The notes under the pieces were generated by a model. That model was given only the letters and a program-made list of their open reading frames with translations. It did not search any database and was not told where the DNA came from. A stretch of DNA of 64,000 bases from Felis catus (Eukaryota): assembly GCF_018350175.1 (NCBI RefSeq), contig NC_058368.1:71674001-71738000 (forward strand). The letters run 5' to 3'. Shown here one piece after another: positions 37,003 to 49,165 of this stretch. Numbering within the stretch: position 1 is the stretch's first letter; every line of letters begins with the position of its first letter. The position numbers and the translations under genes were made by a program.

Positions 37003-37082
37003 CTCACAGCTTCCCGGTAATATCTGATGGCAGCTGTCTGATTGCCTTTATCGGCCAGGTTTTTGCCAACATTGTAGTGAAC
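37003..37082 (-). CDS. TMTC4: TMTC4 coding exon, TPR (VHYNVGKNLADKGNQTAAIRYYREAV)
   Basis: 80 nt, phase 0/2; acceptor TATTTTCAG, donor GAG|GTACTG. Confidence 0.95.
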
Positions 37083-37499
37083 CTGAAAATACAGATAAAA
37101 ACTTGGCCAACAGCCGATAGACCTCTTTGTTCAGAGCACGGGTACCTATCACAGATTCGAACCAAAAACAAAAGGTAAAGGTACAAAAAAAAAAAAAAAA
37201 CCCCATCCCACCAGAACTTTGGCTAAAATCTTACAAAGGGCAGGCGAGGGTCATGCTTTAATCCCCCACCCTGTAAGATAAGATTCAAAGGACAGGCTGG
37301 CAATGAGCAGATGACATCACTCAGGTACAACAGAAGGATATTTAACTAAGGAGAACTCAAAAATTACAAAGTGGCACTGGTTTTATTGCTAAGCCCTCAG
37401 TCCCCCTCTTCTCATCCACACATCCCCTGTTGGGGCTGAGATGCAAAATCCAACCACATGTGGCTGTGAGAGGGAGAAACAAGGATTCTGTAATTAAAA

Positions 37500-37562
37500 A
37501 AAATGTTTTATGTTTATTTATTTTTGAGAGAGAGAGAGAGAGAACATGAGCAGGGGAGGGGC

Positions 37563-37598
<36 letters not shown>

Positions 37599-37735
37599 GG
37601 ACGGAGACAGAGAATATGAAGCAGGCTCCAGGCTCCAAGCTGTCAGCAGAGAGCCCAATGTGGGGCTCGAACCCACATGCAAGATCATGACCTCAGCCAA
37701 AGTCGGATGCTCAACTGACTGGCTACCCAGGGCCC
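37500..37735 (-). mobile_element. Can-SINE
   Basis: Full body with GA tract. Confidence 0.92.
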
Positions 37736-38334
37736 TGTATCTAAAAGAAATTCAGCCCTTTCTTGCAGGATACCTTCTACTGTAGTATTGCAAACATTCT
37801 AGTTCATACTAATGAAATTCTCCCTCTCTCATTCCTTCAGGTAATGACTGATGCTGACAGCCCGAGTGATGCTGGCAGTTAGATACAGTCACGAGCAAAC
37901 CTGTCGGACCCGAGTCCTGGAGCCCAGGCTGCAAGTCAAATGACCCTGTTGGAAAGTGTGTCACTAGAAGGCACCTGGGGCTGTGGAGGAAGGTGGGTCC
38001 CCAAGGTGGTGCCTGGTCTGGGCCTGGGGAGGGCTGTTCTGGGGAAAGGCCCTGCAGCGGAGATCTGAAGGGGGTTGCTAGGTAACGGGGCTCCCCTGGA
38101 GTAAGTGTGCCAGGCAGGGCAGGCAATAGCAGGCTCCAGTGCTGTGAGGAAGCCCAGTGTGTTTAGTTGAGCAACTACAAGAAGCCCAGTGTCGCTGGAG
38201 TGCAGAGGGCAAGGGAGACCAGGGAGGGCATGGGAGAGCAGGCTGCACAGGGAATCCCGAGCTGTGACAGGTCTGGTTTAGTCTCTGCCCAGAAGTAATA
38301 ATAGGCCAGCACAAAGCTCATGTAAGTACATGAG

Positions 38335-38745
38335 CTTTCTAGGGCTGACAGAGTAAAACACTACAAACTAGGGGGGCCCAAGACTGCAGAAGTTTATTCC
38401 CTCCTAGTTCTGGAGGCAAAGAGTAAGGGGCAGCAAGGTTGGTTTCCACTGCAGGTTCTGAGGGAGGAAGTCTTCCGTGCTTCTCTCCTGTCTTCTGACG
38501 GTTGCTGGCAAGGCCTTGGCGTTTCCTTGGCCTACAGCTGAGCGGTTCCAATCTCTGCCTCCGTCTTCACATGGACTTCTCCCTGTGTGTCTGTGTCTGT
38601 CTTTATAAGGACACCAGTCACACAGGATGAAGGGCCCACCCTTTACCACTTCATCTTTGTGACATCTGCAAAGCCACCAGTCACAGGTACCAAGGGGTAA
38701 GAATTTGAACATGTCTTTTGTGGGACACAATTCAACCCATAACAA
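38335..38745 (-). mobile_element. MaLR solo LTR (MLT1-like)
   Basis: agttctggaggc...ccgtcttcacatgg...ttataaggacaccagtca...acacaattcaaccc. Confidence 0.75.
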
Positions 38746-39454
38746 CAGCCAGGTGTATGAGGGTGGCAGAGGGTCACAATCAGGGCTATATTATAACAAA
38801 TTAGTCACACTGTGGGAAACACATGAGCGGGGAAGAGACAGATGTCAGGGGTCCAGGGAGAGCCTGAGGTGACAGTCCTGGGGAAGGAGGGCAGCAGATT
38901 GTACTAGGGTGGTGTGGAAGAAGCACAGGAATTCGAGGAATACCATGGAAGCAAAAGGCACAGAAATTGCTGTTGGATTGATAAGAGTGAGGAAGCGTGT
39001 CAAGAATGAACTCGAGGTTTCTAACTTCCAGAACTGAATGGATGTGATGGTTTGCAGGGAGATACGACTGGTGACTAGGCTTGCTTGGGGGGGATAGGAA
39101 TCTAGCTGATTTCGAAGTCCTTGGAGAATCCAAGAAGAGAGACCAAGATGGCCACCTGAGCTCAGGAGAGGAGCAGGCTGGGGACACCAGTATGGCAGGG
39201 AGACAGAGGCGGTACAGCCACGGGTCATGTGATCACATGGAGCAAGCCAGCCAGGGGAGGAAAAGGTCCCATAAGACCTTCTTGTTTCCACCTCTCTAAT
39301 CAAACTGCAAGCTGGAGAAATCACCAGGGAATAATACAGCAACAGAAAGAGAATGAGGTGATGAAATAGTCCACAACTAGAGACAGGTGCTGGTCCCACC
39401 ACTCTGTGAATGCTCTAAATGTCACTGAATTGTGCACTTTAAAATGGTTAATTT

Positions 39455-39642
39455 ACAAGCACCTGGGTGGCTCAGTCGGTTAAGCGTCAGACTCTTGATT
39501 TTGGCTCAGGTCATGATCTCACAATTGTGAGATGAAGTTCCATGAGGATTCTCTCTCTCCCTTTGCCCCTCCCCCAACTCGTGCACTCTCTCTTTCTCTC
39601 TCTGTCTCTCTCAAAATACGTATATATTAAAAAATAAATAAA
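39455..39642 (+). mobile_element. Can-SINE
   Basis: cacctgggtggctcagtcggttaagcg head. Confidence 0.88.
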
Positions 39643-39709
39643 ATGGGTAATTTAAAAACGAATTTAATACTGATCATTTTATTCTGAAAAACACATGGGA
39701 GACTTTTCT

Positions 39710-40345
39710 TTAGTTTTTAATTGTAAATTAAACATAAAAGTTACCATCTTAACCATTAAAAATGTTTTTAATCTTAGTATTGTTGACAATGTTTAATTAC
39801 TTTTGAGTGATTAGTCATTTTTAAGTGTATAGTTCAGTAGGGTTGAGTATATTCACACTGTTGTGCAACCAACCTCCAGAACTCTCTTCATCTTGCATAT
39901 CTGAAACTCTATACCCATTACACAGTAATTCTCCGTCTTTCCCTCCCCCCAGCCCCTGGCGGCCACCATCCTGTTTCTCTGAGTTTCTGTTTCTGTGAGT
40001 CTGACCATTCTAGATCCCTTACAGAAGTATAATTGTACAGTCTTTTCATGACTGGCTAGTTTCACGTAGATAATGCCCTCGAGGGTCATCCACATTGTAG
40101 CACGTGTCAGAATTTCCTTCCTTTTCAAAGCTGAGGAATATTCCACTGCATGCATACACTACATTTTGCTCATCTATTGGTCTATCGATGGACAGACACT
40201 TGGATTGCTTCCACCTTCTGGCTACTGTGAACAATGTTTCTATGAACGTGCATGTTCACACATGTCTTTGAGATCCCGCTTTCAATTCTTGTGCGCATCT
40301 ACCCAGAAGTGGATTTGCTGGGTCATATGGTAATTATATTTTTAA
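39710..40345 (-). mobile_element. LINE-1 3' fragment (L1MB-like)
   Basis: ttaccatcttaaccatt...ttgtgcaacc...ccagaagtggatttgctgggtcatatggtaatt. Confidence 0.8.
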
Positions 40346-41057
40346 TGTTTTTTGTAAGAACTAAAGTGGTTAACTTTGTTATGAGAATTTTGTCTCACTG
40401 TAAAACAAGAGAGGTAGAGAGGCTCAGGAGAGCATTTGTAATGATTGAGGAGGGTGGTAAGGGAGACCAGAAGAAACTGGACTCATAGTTGAAAAGCTAC
40501 CAGAAATTCTCAAGTCAGCTGAATTGAAGGCACAGGGCATTTTCTCAACTGTACACGGGCTCAGGACAAGTTACAAGGAAAGGGGCCGGGACCCAAAATG
40601 ACAGCAGGGCAGCAGAATGGCAGACCCACGGGACTATTATCAGAAGTATTTACTGATGCTCCTTTTAGAGGCTTCCAATGTACAGGCCAATAGCAATCTC
40701 AGAGGAGATGATGCCACAGAAGTTCGTTCAACAGCTCATGGTAACAGGGGTCCTGGCAGCCAGCACGTGCTGAAGGGTGCCATGAGCCCGTGCAGGGCTG
40801 GCGCTGTGCACGCGTGTCTTCTCTGCACGCAGCCCTGCCAGGTTGAGGGGTTGCTACGGCATCATTAAGCATCTCACCCGAGGATGTGGTGCTAGATTTG
40901 AAGCCAGGCTCCGAAACCTGTGTTTTTCTCACCATATCACACCCATCCAAGAGGGTGCTGGGTGAGGATGGGGCCAACTGCTTGAGGTGATTTCTAGACC
41001 CACTCATTCATGCCATCTGTTCTTTTTCATAACGTAAATAATGTTTCTTGTTTCATG

Positions 41058-41412
41058 TTAACAGCTGAATTCTACCCCCCACCCCCAATTCATCTGTTGA
41101 AGTCCTGACCCCCAGGACCTCAGAATATGACTATATTTGGGGACGGAACCTTTAAAGAGGAAATTAAGTGAAAATGAGGCTGTTGGGGTGGGGCCTTAAT
41201 CCCATCTGACTGGAGTCCTTGTAGGAGGAGGAAATTTGAAGACAGACAGAGACACTAAGGTTGTGCGTTCACAACAACTGTACGTGCACAAAGGAGAGAC
41301 CATGTGAGGACACCATGATCTTGGACTTCTGGTCTCCAGAACCGCGAGAAAATAAACGTCTCTTGTTTAAGCCCCTGGTCTGTGGTGCTTTGTTATGGCG
41401 GCCCTAGTTAAT
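41058..41412 (+). mobile_element. MaLR solo LTR (MLT1B-like)
   Basis: gacctcagaatatgactatatttgg...gggtgggccttaatcc...gtctgtggtgctttgttatggc. Confidence 0.78.
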
Positions 41413-41621
41413 ATATCATGAAACACAATAATGGTTTGAACACATTTCAAGTAGCATTACATTGGAACATTTCAAAAACCCTTTGGAAAATATAACCATA
41501 TCCTGTCTTATCAATCTTAACCTACAGTTACAGCATGTCTTCAAAAATACTAATATTTCTGGAAAGGTATGGAATAGTGTGACATTCTTTGAGCACGTAT
41601 GTATCAGAGATTTGTTTTTTA

Positions 41622-41794
41622 ACTGCCAATTTTTAAGTCTATACGTTTATTTTTATCCTGTCTGACAAAAGGAATCGCAAGCAGAGAAATCACAGGTGAC
41701 AGAAATATGTATTATTGTGCAGCACACGGTATAATTTAGACTTCCTGAGCCATACTATTGTCCATTCATTGGTATTAACATCTTCAAATTATAG
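41622..41794 (+). repeat. Copy 1 of a 173-bp dispersed direct repeat (copy 2 at 45017-45189)
   Basis: Gap-free hand alignment, 136/173 identical. Confidence 0.9.
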
Positions 41795-42530
41795 CTAATG
41801 CTACGGCAGTAGCATGTGCTTTATATAGTGTGCTCTAAATGGTTTCATTTTGTGCCTCTCCCAGCCCCAGCCTGGATGTGCTTACCTCTCCTCCCGTCCC
41901 TGCACAAAAGAATCGTATCATGAACCCACCAGTGAGCAATGTGCTTGTGGTCCCCAGAATACAAATTCAGCTTCTACTCAGACTTCAGCACAACTCCTGC
42001 CTCTTCCGCCCCTAAGCTCCTGCCGCTTTCCTTTGTTCTGGGCAAATTCTGTTTTCTCAATAAGAAGCTCAGACAGAGAGTTCAACTGCCCTCTGCAGTA
42101 TACATGGGGTTCTGTTAGACCCCCAGAATGCCAGGGAGAGCCACCCAGATCAGGGGAGAGAGAAAAGGAGTGCTCCAGAAATGCAGACTGCAGTTATTTC
42201 CATGGAACTGGTTAAAAGTCTGACCCAGCCCAAGAAGGCAAGCTTTCCATAATTAAGAACTGATATGAACAGTCTCATCGGCCCAGCCTCATCCTATGGG
42301 CTGGTTATATGGAGGGAAGTATCTGAAGAGAAAACAGGTCTCCAGATAACCCACTGGAAAACAGAAACAAACCCCGTAGAAGCCCTCCTAAACAGTTCAC
42401 TTGAAACAGTGTTTAAAGAATAAGTTATTTTTGTTTCCACGCAATGTAAGAGACTGAAAAAGCCTGTTTGTTCTCAAACTTTCCCTCTAGCTTTTATGAT
42501 TCATAGATGGAGGCAAAAAGCCAGCAAAGA

Positions 42531-42740
42531 GGGGCACCTGGGTGGCTCAGTCAGTTAAGCGTCCAACTTTGACTCACGTCATGATCTCACAGTCTGTGAG
42601 TTTGAGCCCGGTGGGGCTCTGTGCCGACAGCTCGGAGCCTGAAGCCTGCTTCGGATTCTGTGTCTCCCTCTCTCTCTGCCTCTCCCCCACTTGCACTCTG
42701 CCTCTCTCTCTCAAAAATGAAATAAAAACATAAAAAAAAA
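42531..42740 (+). mobile_element. Can-SINE
   Basis: TSD aaaaagccagca. Confidence 0.92.
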
Positions 42741-44289
42741 GCCAGCACAGAAACCACAGATGAAGATGTCCACTGTAGCCCCATAACCTGTAAATCAACA
42801 ATGGAAGGGACTTTCCAGGGCTGAAACCAGTTTGTTTCAAGTTTTCTGCTAACATTCGATGCCAAAATGTTTTAAACACATAAAAATCCTATAGCCCATC
42901 CTGGCTCATCCTTAAGGAAATACTGCATTGTGGCAGATGATCCTTTTCATGGTTAAAAAAGTTTAGAATTGTATCTCAGAGTTGATACAAAGTGGCACAT
43001 CCTTTTAAGCCTTAACAACTAAAAATGACTGTAAATATAATTAAATACTTGGTATCTCATCCATTGTAGGGTAAAGAAATGTGATTTCCACAAGGCTCAA
43101 TTCAATCACTAATTTTGAGTGCCTACCATATGCAAGGCAATGTGGATAATTCAACTGCAGACCGGGCATTGGCACTGCCTATGTGGATACTGCCATCTTT
43201 CGAAAAAGATTGAGTCTCAGTTTGTAATCCTGGGCCTAATCCAGAGCCAGATGCCAAATACTTACTTCGTATACAGTGAATATAAAGTGGAAACCAATAT
43301 AGAAAATGTATTTCCTGCAACAGAGTTGAAGGAAACTGGTATCTTCTTAAATGAGGTCTCTTCCCTGAAATCAGCCTAGCTTTTTTCAAAAAAAAAAAAA
43401 AAAAGGAAGTAAAGATGATTTTTCTACACTGCAATTTAGAGTGGAAAGTAAAACAAACAAACGGACAAAAAACCAAAAACAAAACCCCAAACCTCCATCT
43501 TGCTCAGACTGAATGGTAATCCTGAAAAATGTTCTTAGAAAGGACGATCACCATCGGGCCCATTTTGAAGATGAGGTCCTATATGTATGTCTTAAATTTA
43601 AAAAAGAAAACTACATATGTGTGGTGTGTGCACATCTCGTACTTTCTTTCCTATAGCATATGAGATCACATCCTAGGGCAGAAGGTATAGGCGTGAACAT
43701 CACCTAGGTTGTCCCTCCCCCTGATTTACTGGCATAACCTGGGTGGCACATCATACCAGGTCTCTATCTACCCCCTAAATTACTAATCTAGATAACATCA
43801 GTTCCATCCTTCTATGCCTCAGTTTCTTCCATTTGGAAAAATAAAGAAAATAAAACCTTTCTCTCTAAAAACCTTAGAGGGAGGATAATGGAGATTAATT
43901 ATAGAGCCTCTACAAAGAAATCTGAGCTCCTTGTGGGGAAGAACTTTATAAATAGAAGCTATAATTACTGCTATTCAAACAGAAAAGCAAAAATAAAGCA
44001 GATCTATTAACATTTATGAAATTAAATCACAGGCAATTTATTTTTAGTAGCATGAAATAAATGGATAGGTCAGCAAATCAAATTAAGGATAAAAGCTTGA
44101 AGGAATGCATTCTTTTATCTAAGTCTCTTAACTATAAAAAATGAACAAGATTTCTTTTTTTAATCCAAGAAAAAGACAAAGAGTTAGCACCTTTTACATT
44201 ATTCCTCACTTCAGGATCACAATAGGATGTCAACTGTTCATGAGATTTATTCATACAATTTTGCCTGAAATCAAATGCCTGATTTCTCT

Positions 44290-44523
44290 CTTTTTAATTT
44301 TTTTAATGTTCATTTATTTTTGAGAGAGAGAAAGAGAGGGAGGGAGAGAGAGAGAGCAGAAGCAGGGAAGGGGCACAGAGAGAGGGAGACACAGAATCTG
44401 AAGCAGGCTCCAGGCTCCGAGCTGTCAGAACACAGCCTGATGTGGGGCTTGAACTCACGAACGGCAAGATCATGACCTGAGCTGAAGTCAGACGCTTAAC
44501 TGACTGAGCCACCCAGGTGCCCC
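44290..44523 (-). mobile_element. Can-SINE
   Basis: Full body; flanking tttctct. Confidence 0.92.
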
Positions 44524-45016
44524 TGCTTTCTCTTAAATATAGACTATGGAAATGAGACAGAACTCCAGAGAGCTCTTTTTCTCCCCCTACAGGATCACAG
44601 TTAAGCATGCTAGGAACTCATGTTCTGATGACCCGAGGCAGAATGTATCATTATTTACGAATACTCTATACCAAAAGAAGATTCTTCTAACCTAACCCCT
44701 TGGCCTCCCATTTTGACCAAATAGCATTTTCTCCTTTAAGGAGACAACCAAAACTAAAACGAGCCTCAAAAAGCTAACCTTTCTTGAGCACCCACCATGT
44801 TCTAACTACCATGTTAGAGCTCTTCAGATGCCATATTTCATTTAGGCCCCACAACAAATCCAGGAGACAGTCATGATCTCCCCTTGATGGAAAAGGGCAT
44901 TGAGAATTCAAAGCAGTTTCGTTTTGCCCAAAAAGGCACAGCTGGTTAAATGAAGAGACTGGATTCATCAAGAATACAAGTGAAACACATTCCTACCAAA
45001 TAGCTTCAACAAAAAC

Positions 45017-45189
45017 ACTGCCAATTTTCAAGCCTACACATTTATTTTTACCTAATCTGACAAAAGGAATCACAAGCAGAGAAGCCACAGGCAACAGAAA
45101 TGTGTAACACTGCACATCAGACGGTATAATTTAAACTTCCTGAACCAAAGTGCTGCCTGTTCACTGGTGTAGCCATCTTCAAGTTACAG
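45017..45189 (+). repeat. Copy 2 of the 173-bp dispersed direct repeat
   Basis: Shared blocks such as tctgacaaaaggaatc and acggtataattta. Confidence 0.9.
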
Positions 45190-45585
45190 ACCGGAGGAAG
45201 ACTTGAGGCGGTGGCCTGGGCACGTGTTCTGAGGTTCAAACTCTGCCCCTCCCCCAACCACAGTCTGGATGTGTGCGGCCACCTCACTGCTACCATTTCA
45301 GTGGGTGACTGGACCAACTGGAAGATGGGCAAAACGTCATTTGAGTAACCTGCAGTTTCACTGACGCTGTCTGGTTTTAATGAGTTCTTTTGAATTATTT
45401 TGGCCAACTGGAAGTGTAATGAATTTATCAAAATCATTAACAAAACCAAAGAAAAACCCGAGTATTTGGTCATGGTCTTATGCTAGCTTCTGCGTGAAGG
45501 TAAAGGGACCTTCTTCTTATTCAGCTGTTCAACTTAAAGTATATGCTAGGAAGGTCTTTCTCAGGAAACATGGCAGTCAACATAC

Positions 45586-45717
45586 CTTGGCGTTGAGAGG
45601 ACACACAGACAGGGCGCTTCTAAAAAGCTGTTCTTCGTTTCGCCACTCACCACTGCGAATCATGCACCTCAGCATGTTTATGAATAGAATTCCCAGTACG
45701 ACAGTAGCAATCAATTT
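45586..45717 (-). CDS. TMTC4: TMTC4 coding exon (KLIATVVLGILFINMLRCMIRSGEWRNEEQLFRSALSVCPLNAK)
   Basis: 132 nt, phase 0/0; preceded by an 88-nt intron with an AAG acceptor; donor AAG|GTATGT. Confidence 0.94.
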
Positions 45718-45805
45718 CTTAGGAACAGAGAGATACCATAAATGTCATTAGGAAGGTCTAGCCAGTCGTCTTGGGTATGAATGGCACACCACCCTGGGCC
45801 AATAC

Positions 45806-45977
45806 CTTTTTCTTAGTGTGTTTACTGAGCGCTCCGAATCCGAAAGTCAGCAGCATGCAGTAGCCAGCACTGGGGAGGTACAGGACTCTTTCTGCAACCA
45901 CAAAGCCCACTCGGAAGAACAAGTTACTTGCAGGGAGAAATGGGATAATGAGAAATCCTAGGCCCAGCGTAAGGATC
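45806..45977 (-). CDS. TMTC4: TMTC4 coding exon (ILTLGLGFL...PASNLFFRVGFVVAERVLYLPS...KHTKKK)
   Basis: 172 nt, phase 2/0; acceptor CTTTCCAG, donor AAG|GTATTG. Confidence 0.95.
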
Positions 45978-46751
45978 CTGGAAAGTGAGAAGTAATTAAA
46001 ATAGCTATTTTCAGACTTCTCAAAAAAAAAAAAATCCTACTCAACATTAAATTAGTGATAAAGGCTGTGTTTTTTTTTTTTTTAAGTCATCAATTGGGAA
46101 AAGGTACCAGCAGTAGCAGAGAAATGTCATCAGTAAAGAGGATTTAGCCTGGCAGTATTAGGATAAGTCATAAAATCTCACTAATGCACTTAGTTTAGCA
46201 TCAAGCATATGGACAAGACTTGTAAGGTGCTCAATCCATACAAGTAAGGTTAGAATGATCACACTTTGTGAGCCCTTATTAATTCACTTACTCCTAACCC
46301 CCCTCAAACCATGTAGGCATTGAATAGATCAGTGGGTATTTTGGTCCCAATTAGTCCACTATAGTTTTCATGGGAAAAAAAAAAATTCCCTCTCCAACCT
46401 TAACAGGAATAATAATACTTTACTAGTTTAAGCTTTATAAAATCTGAAATAAGCAAAATTGCAATCATTTTTGGGTGCTATGTCACCACATATTTCACTC
46501 AAGCAAAAAGAAAGCTGAGCAACAAAGAGCTTCCAGAACTAGGCAACATTTCCGATGTCCCATATGATGCAAGAGGATAAATTAAGAAGCTAGGTCAAAT
46601 TTGGTGGCTCCTTCCTGGACCCTGTGCCTTCAGTACTTAAACAAAACAAAACAAAACAAGGCAAAATCATTATTGCATGTGTATAGGTGAACTGGGGCTA
46701 AAGTTAGTAGAATTATGAACAAATTTAACAGGTAAACTTAAAACTTATTTT

Positions 46752-46980
46752 GGGGGTGCCTGGGTGGTTCGGGAGGTTGAGCGACCAACTCCTGATTTTG
46801 GCTTAGGTCACGCATGATCTCATGGTTTGTGAGATTGAGCCTCGCATCAGGCTCTGCACTGTCAGAGCTTGGAATTCTCATTTCTCTTTCTCTCTCTCTC
46901 CCTCTCTCTCTCTCTCTCTCCCTCTCCCCCTCTCCCCTGCTCGTGCTCTCTCTCTCAAAATAAATAAATAAGCTTTAAAA
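46752..46980 (+). mobile_element. Can-SINE
   Basis: TSD aaaacttatt. Confidence 0.9.
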
Positions 46981-47592
46981 ACAAAACTTATTCTAAGAAA
47001 TTACTAATCTAATTCCCTAAACACATATGCTTAAAGGGAATCAACTACCTTAAATAGTCTTCTTTCTCAGGAAACGCATTTGTTTCCCCCACCTCCATTA
47101 TTTTCTCAATAACCTTTTATTCTCTCTCTCTCTCTCTTTCTCTTTGTGAAAAAGAATAGTCTCTTTGGAGCAGTGGTTTATTTTCTACTAAACAACAACA
47201 GAAGGAATCACTAGAACATCCACCAGAGTTTTTTGAAGGAGAATTGTGAAATGATGGGCACAGCACACATCAATTACACTCTCTGTTCTGACCATAAATT
47301 ACTCTTTACCACCTACAGAGAAAAGGATCTCAAGATGCTACTTCAAGGGAAAGGTGGGAGGGGGAGACAGAGCAGTCATCCGTTCCCCTCCTCCAAGTTC
47401 ACTCCCCACTAGTTGAAGCCAGCAATGGATTCCAAATGGATGGAACTCATCCTAGGCATAAATGCGTTTTGGAAATAAATGTCCTTAGATGTTACTTCCA
47501 CAAAATTGTTAAAATTATCAGTGCAAAATGAATTTAGCAAAATGCTCTGATCCAGCCCAGTGTGGAAGTTGAAATTCAGTGCTGCCTCTTAC

Positions 47593-47795
47593 CTTCTTTT
47601 GTGGCTGTCTTCAGAGCACAGGGCTTGGCATATTAGGCCAATTAGACAGAACCACAGTGCTGCCAGTGCAATTACTCTCCAGTCACCGGCTGACTTAATG
47701 AGGGGGATGCAGCCCATTGACCAATCAAAACACAGCCACCAGGGGCACAGCAGCAGCCAGGCATTCAATGAATAGTAGTAATTATAGTTTATGGC
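47593..47795 (-). CDS. TMTC4: TMTC4 coding exon (AINYNYYYSLNAWLLLCPWWLCFDWSMGCIPLI...EDSHKR)
   Basis: 203 nt, phase 0/2; acceptor CTTTTGACTGACAG, donor AAG|GTAAGA. Confidence 0.95.
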
Positions 47796-48678
47796 CTGTC
47801 AGTCAAAAGGAAAACAAACACTCATTTGATACAGAACTTCTACATATATACATATATGTATATATAACACCCATATATATGTATATGGGTATGTATATAT
47901 ACACATACCTTGTAACTTCACTTTTGAGGCACCCATAGGCTTCTGTTCAAGAAGAGCAGTTGTATAAAATAAAATGTCAGTTTCTACATTGGACGTGGGA
48001 CTGTAGTTTGCACTCTATTAAATGTGTTCAGACTGTAATAGAGAAAAATACAGCAAAGCCACCAGACTCTGCTATACATGTGTTATATTTCTGGTCAAAA
48101 TGTGTCCCATTTACTTAGTGATGCCCAAAGTCTATAACCCAGGAAATCTGAGGCCCAGGGTTCACCTATGTGTCTGACAATTTAAGAAGAGGGTTTTTCC
48201 CCCTTTTGATTTCTATCTCTATGAAATGCACCACTAAGAATTTGTGGCTTGACACCTTGCCTTCAGAAAAAGCAAACCTTTACAAGAAATAGTGTTTGGA
48301 TACTGTCAGACGTTTAAAGATATATTACCGATGCAGTTAGATTTTGTGTTAATCCCACTACATCAATTTCCTTTACCACAACAGTAATGGGGTCAGGGGA
48401 CACTTTAGTGAGGCTGGCAGGAAAGCTGATATTTGAAAGAACCATTTCTCTTTAGTTTTGATTAGAATGGAAATACAAGGGACTCACGCCCTCTCGATCG
48501 ATCCCTTAATCAAAATCTGGTTTCATCCGAGAATATCCTTAGTGAGAGCAAACAAATGTGGAGGTGTTCCACTGATTAGGGATTTTGTGAGCATGTTGGG
48601 AAGTCAGAAGAGGGGGACAAAGGTTCTGAAAGCTAGTGGGCAGAGAAGACAGAAGTGGAGGACAGGCTCAGCACTCAC

Positions 48679-48843
48679 CCTGACCAGCATGCTGTCGGCG
48701 AAGGAGGCGGGATTGTCCACCTCGGTGAATGCCGGGGGGCCTGTGCCCATGATTTTCCAGCGCATGTAGAGCACCCCTGCTCCTCCCGAGGCCAGAAGGG
48801 TCATCCTGAAGAGGAGGCCCCCATTCCTGAGCGCGCCAAGGTT
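48679..48843 (-). CDS. TMTC4: TMTC4 coding exon (NLGALRNGGLL...DNPASFADSMLVR)
   Basis: 165 nt, phase 0/0; acceptor CTTTCAG, donor AGG|GTGAGT; DNP motif. Confidence 0.95.
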
Positions 48844-49072
48844 CTGAAAGGTCAACGCAAAGCCCCTGATGTCGTGGGTTTTCAAATAAAAGCTCAGCCG
48901 AGCTCAGTGCACGTGTGCAGCACTTCTGCCCGAACTGCTCTGCTGCTGTGCTGAAAAGGGCTAGCTATTTTCAAATTCAAAACGGCGAGAAATATTTTGA
49001 AAATGGCGTTTTAAATCAGCTGGTACTTGACATTTTCCATGTCTGGGCTGGAGACAAAAAGTATATACTCAC

Positions 49073-49165
49073 CTCTAATGATTTGTCTTTATGTAGTACC
49101 TTCTGGACCATTTCCAGAACATTTAATTTGCCTATCACCAAGATGTCAAAGACTGCATTCAAACC
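49073..49165 (-). CDS. TMTC4: TMTC4 coding exon (GLNAVFDILVIGKLNVLEMVQKVLHKDKSLE)
   Basis: 93 nt, phase 0/0; acceptor CTTCCTCAG, donor GAG|GTGAGT. Confidence 0.95.

Noticed and set aside
42190..42330. Possible decayed copy of exon 45586-45717 at the 3395-bp duplication offset
   Set aside because: No similarity seen; the duplication does not extend to the exon
47734..47750. CTCF-like GCCACCAGGGGCAC
   Set aside because: One G short of the core spacing and explained by the coding sequence (CPWWL)
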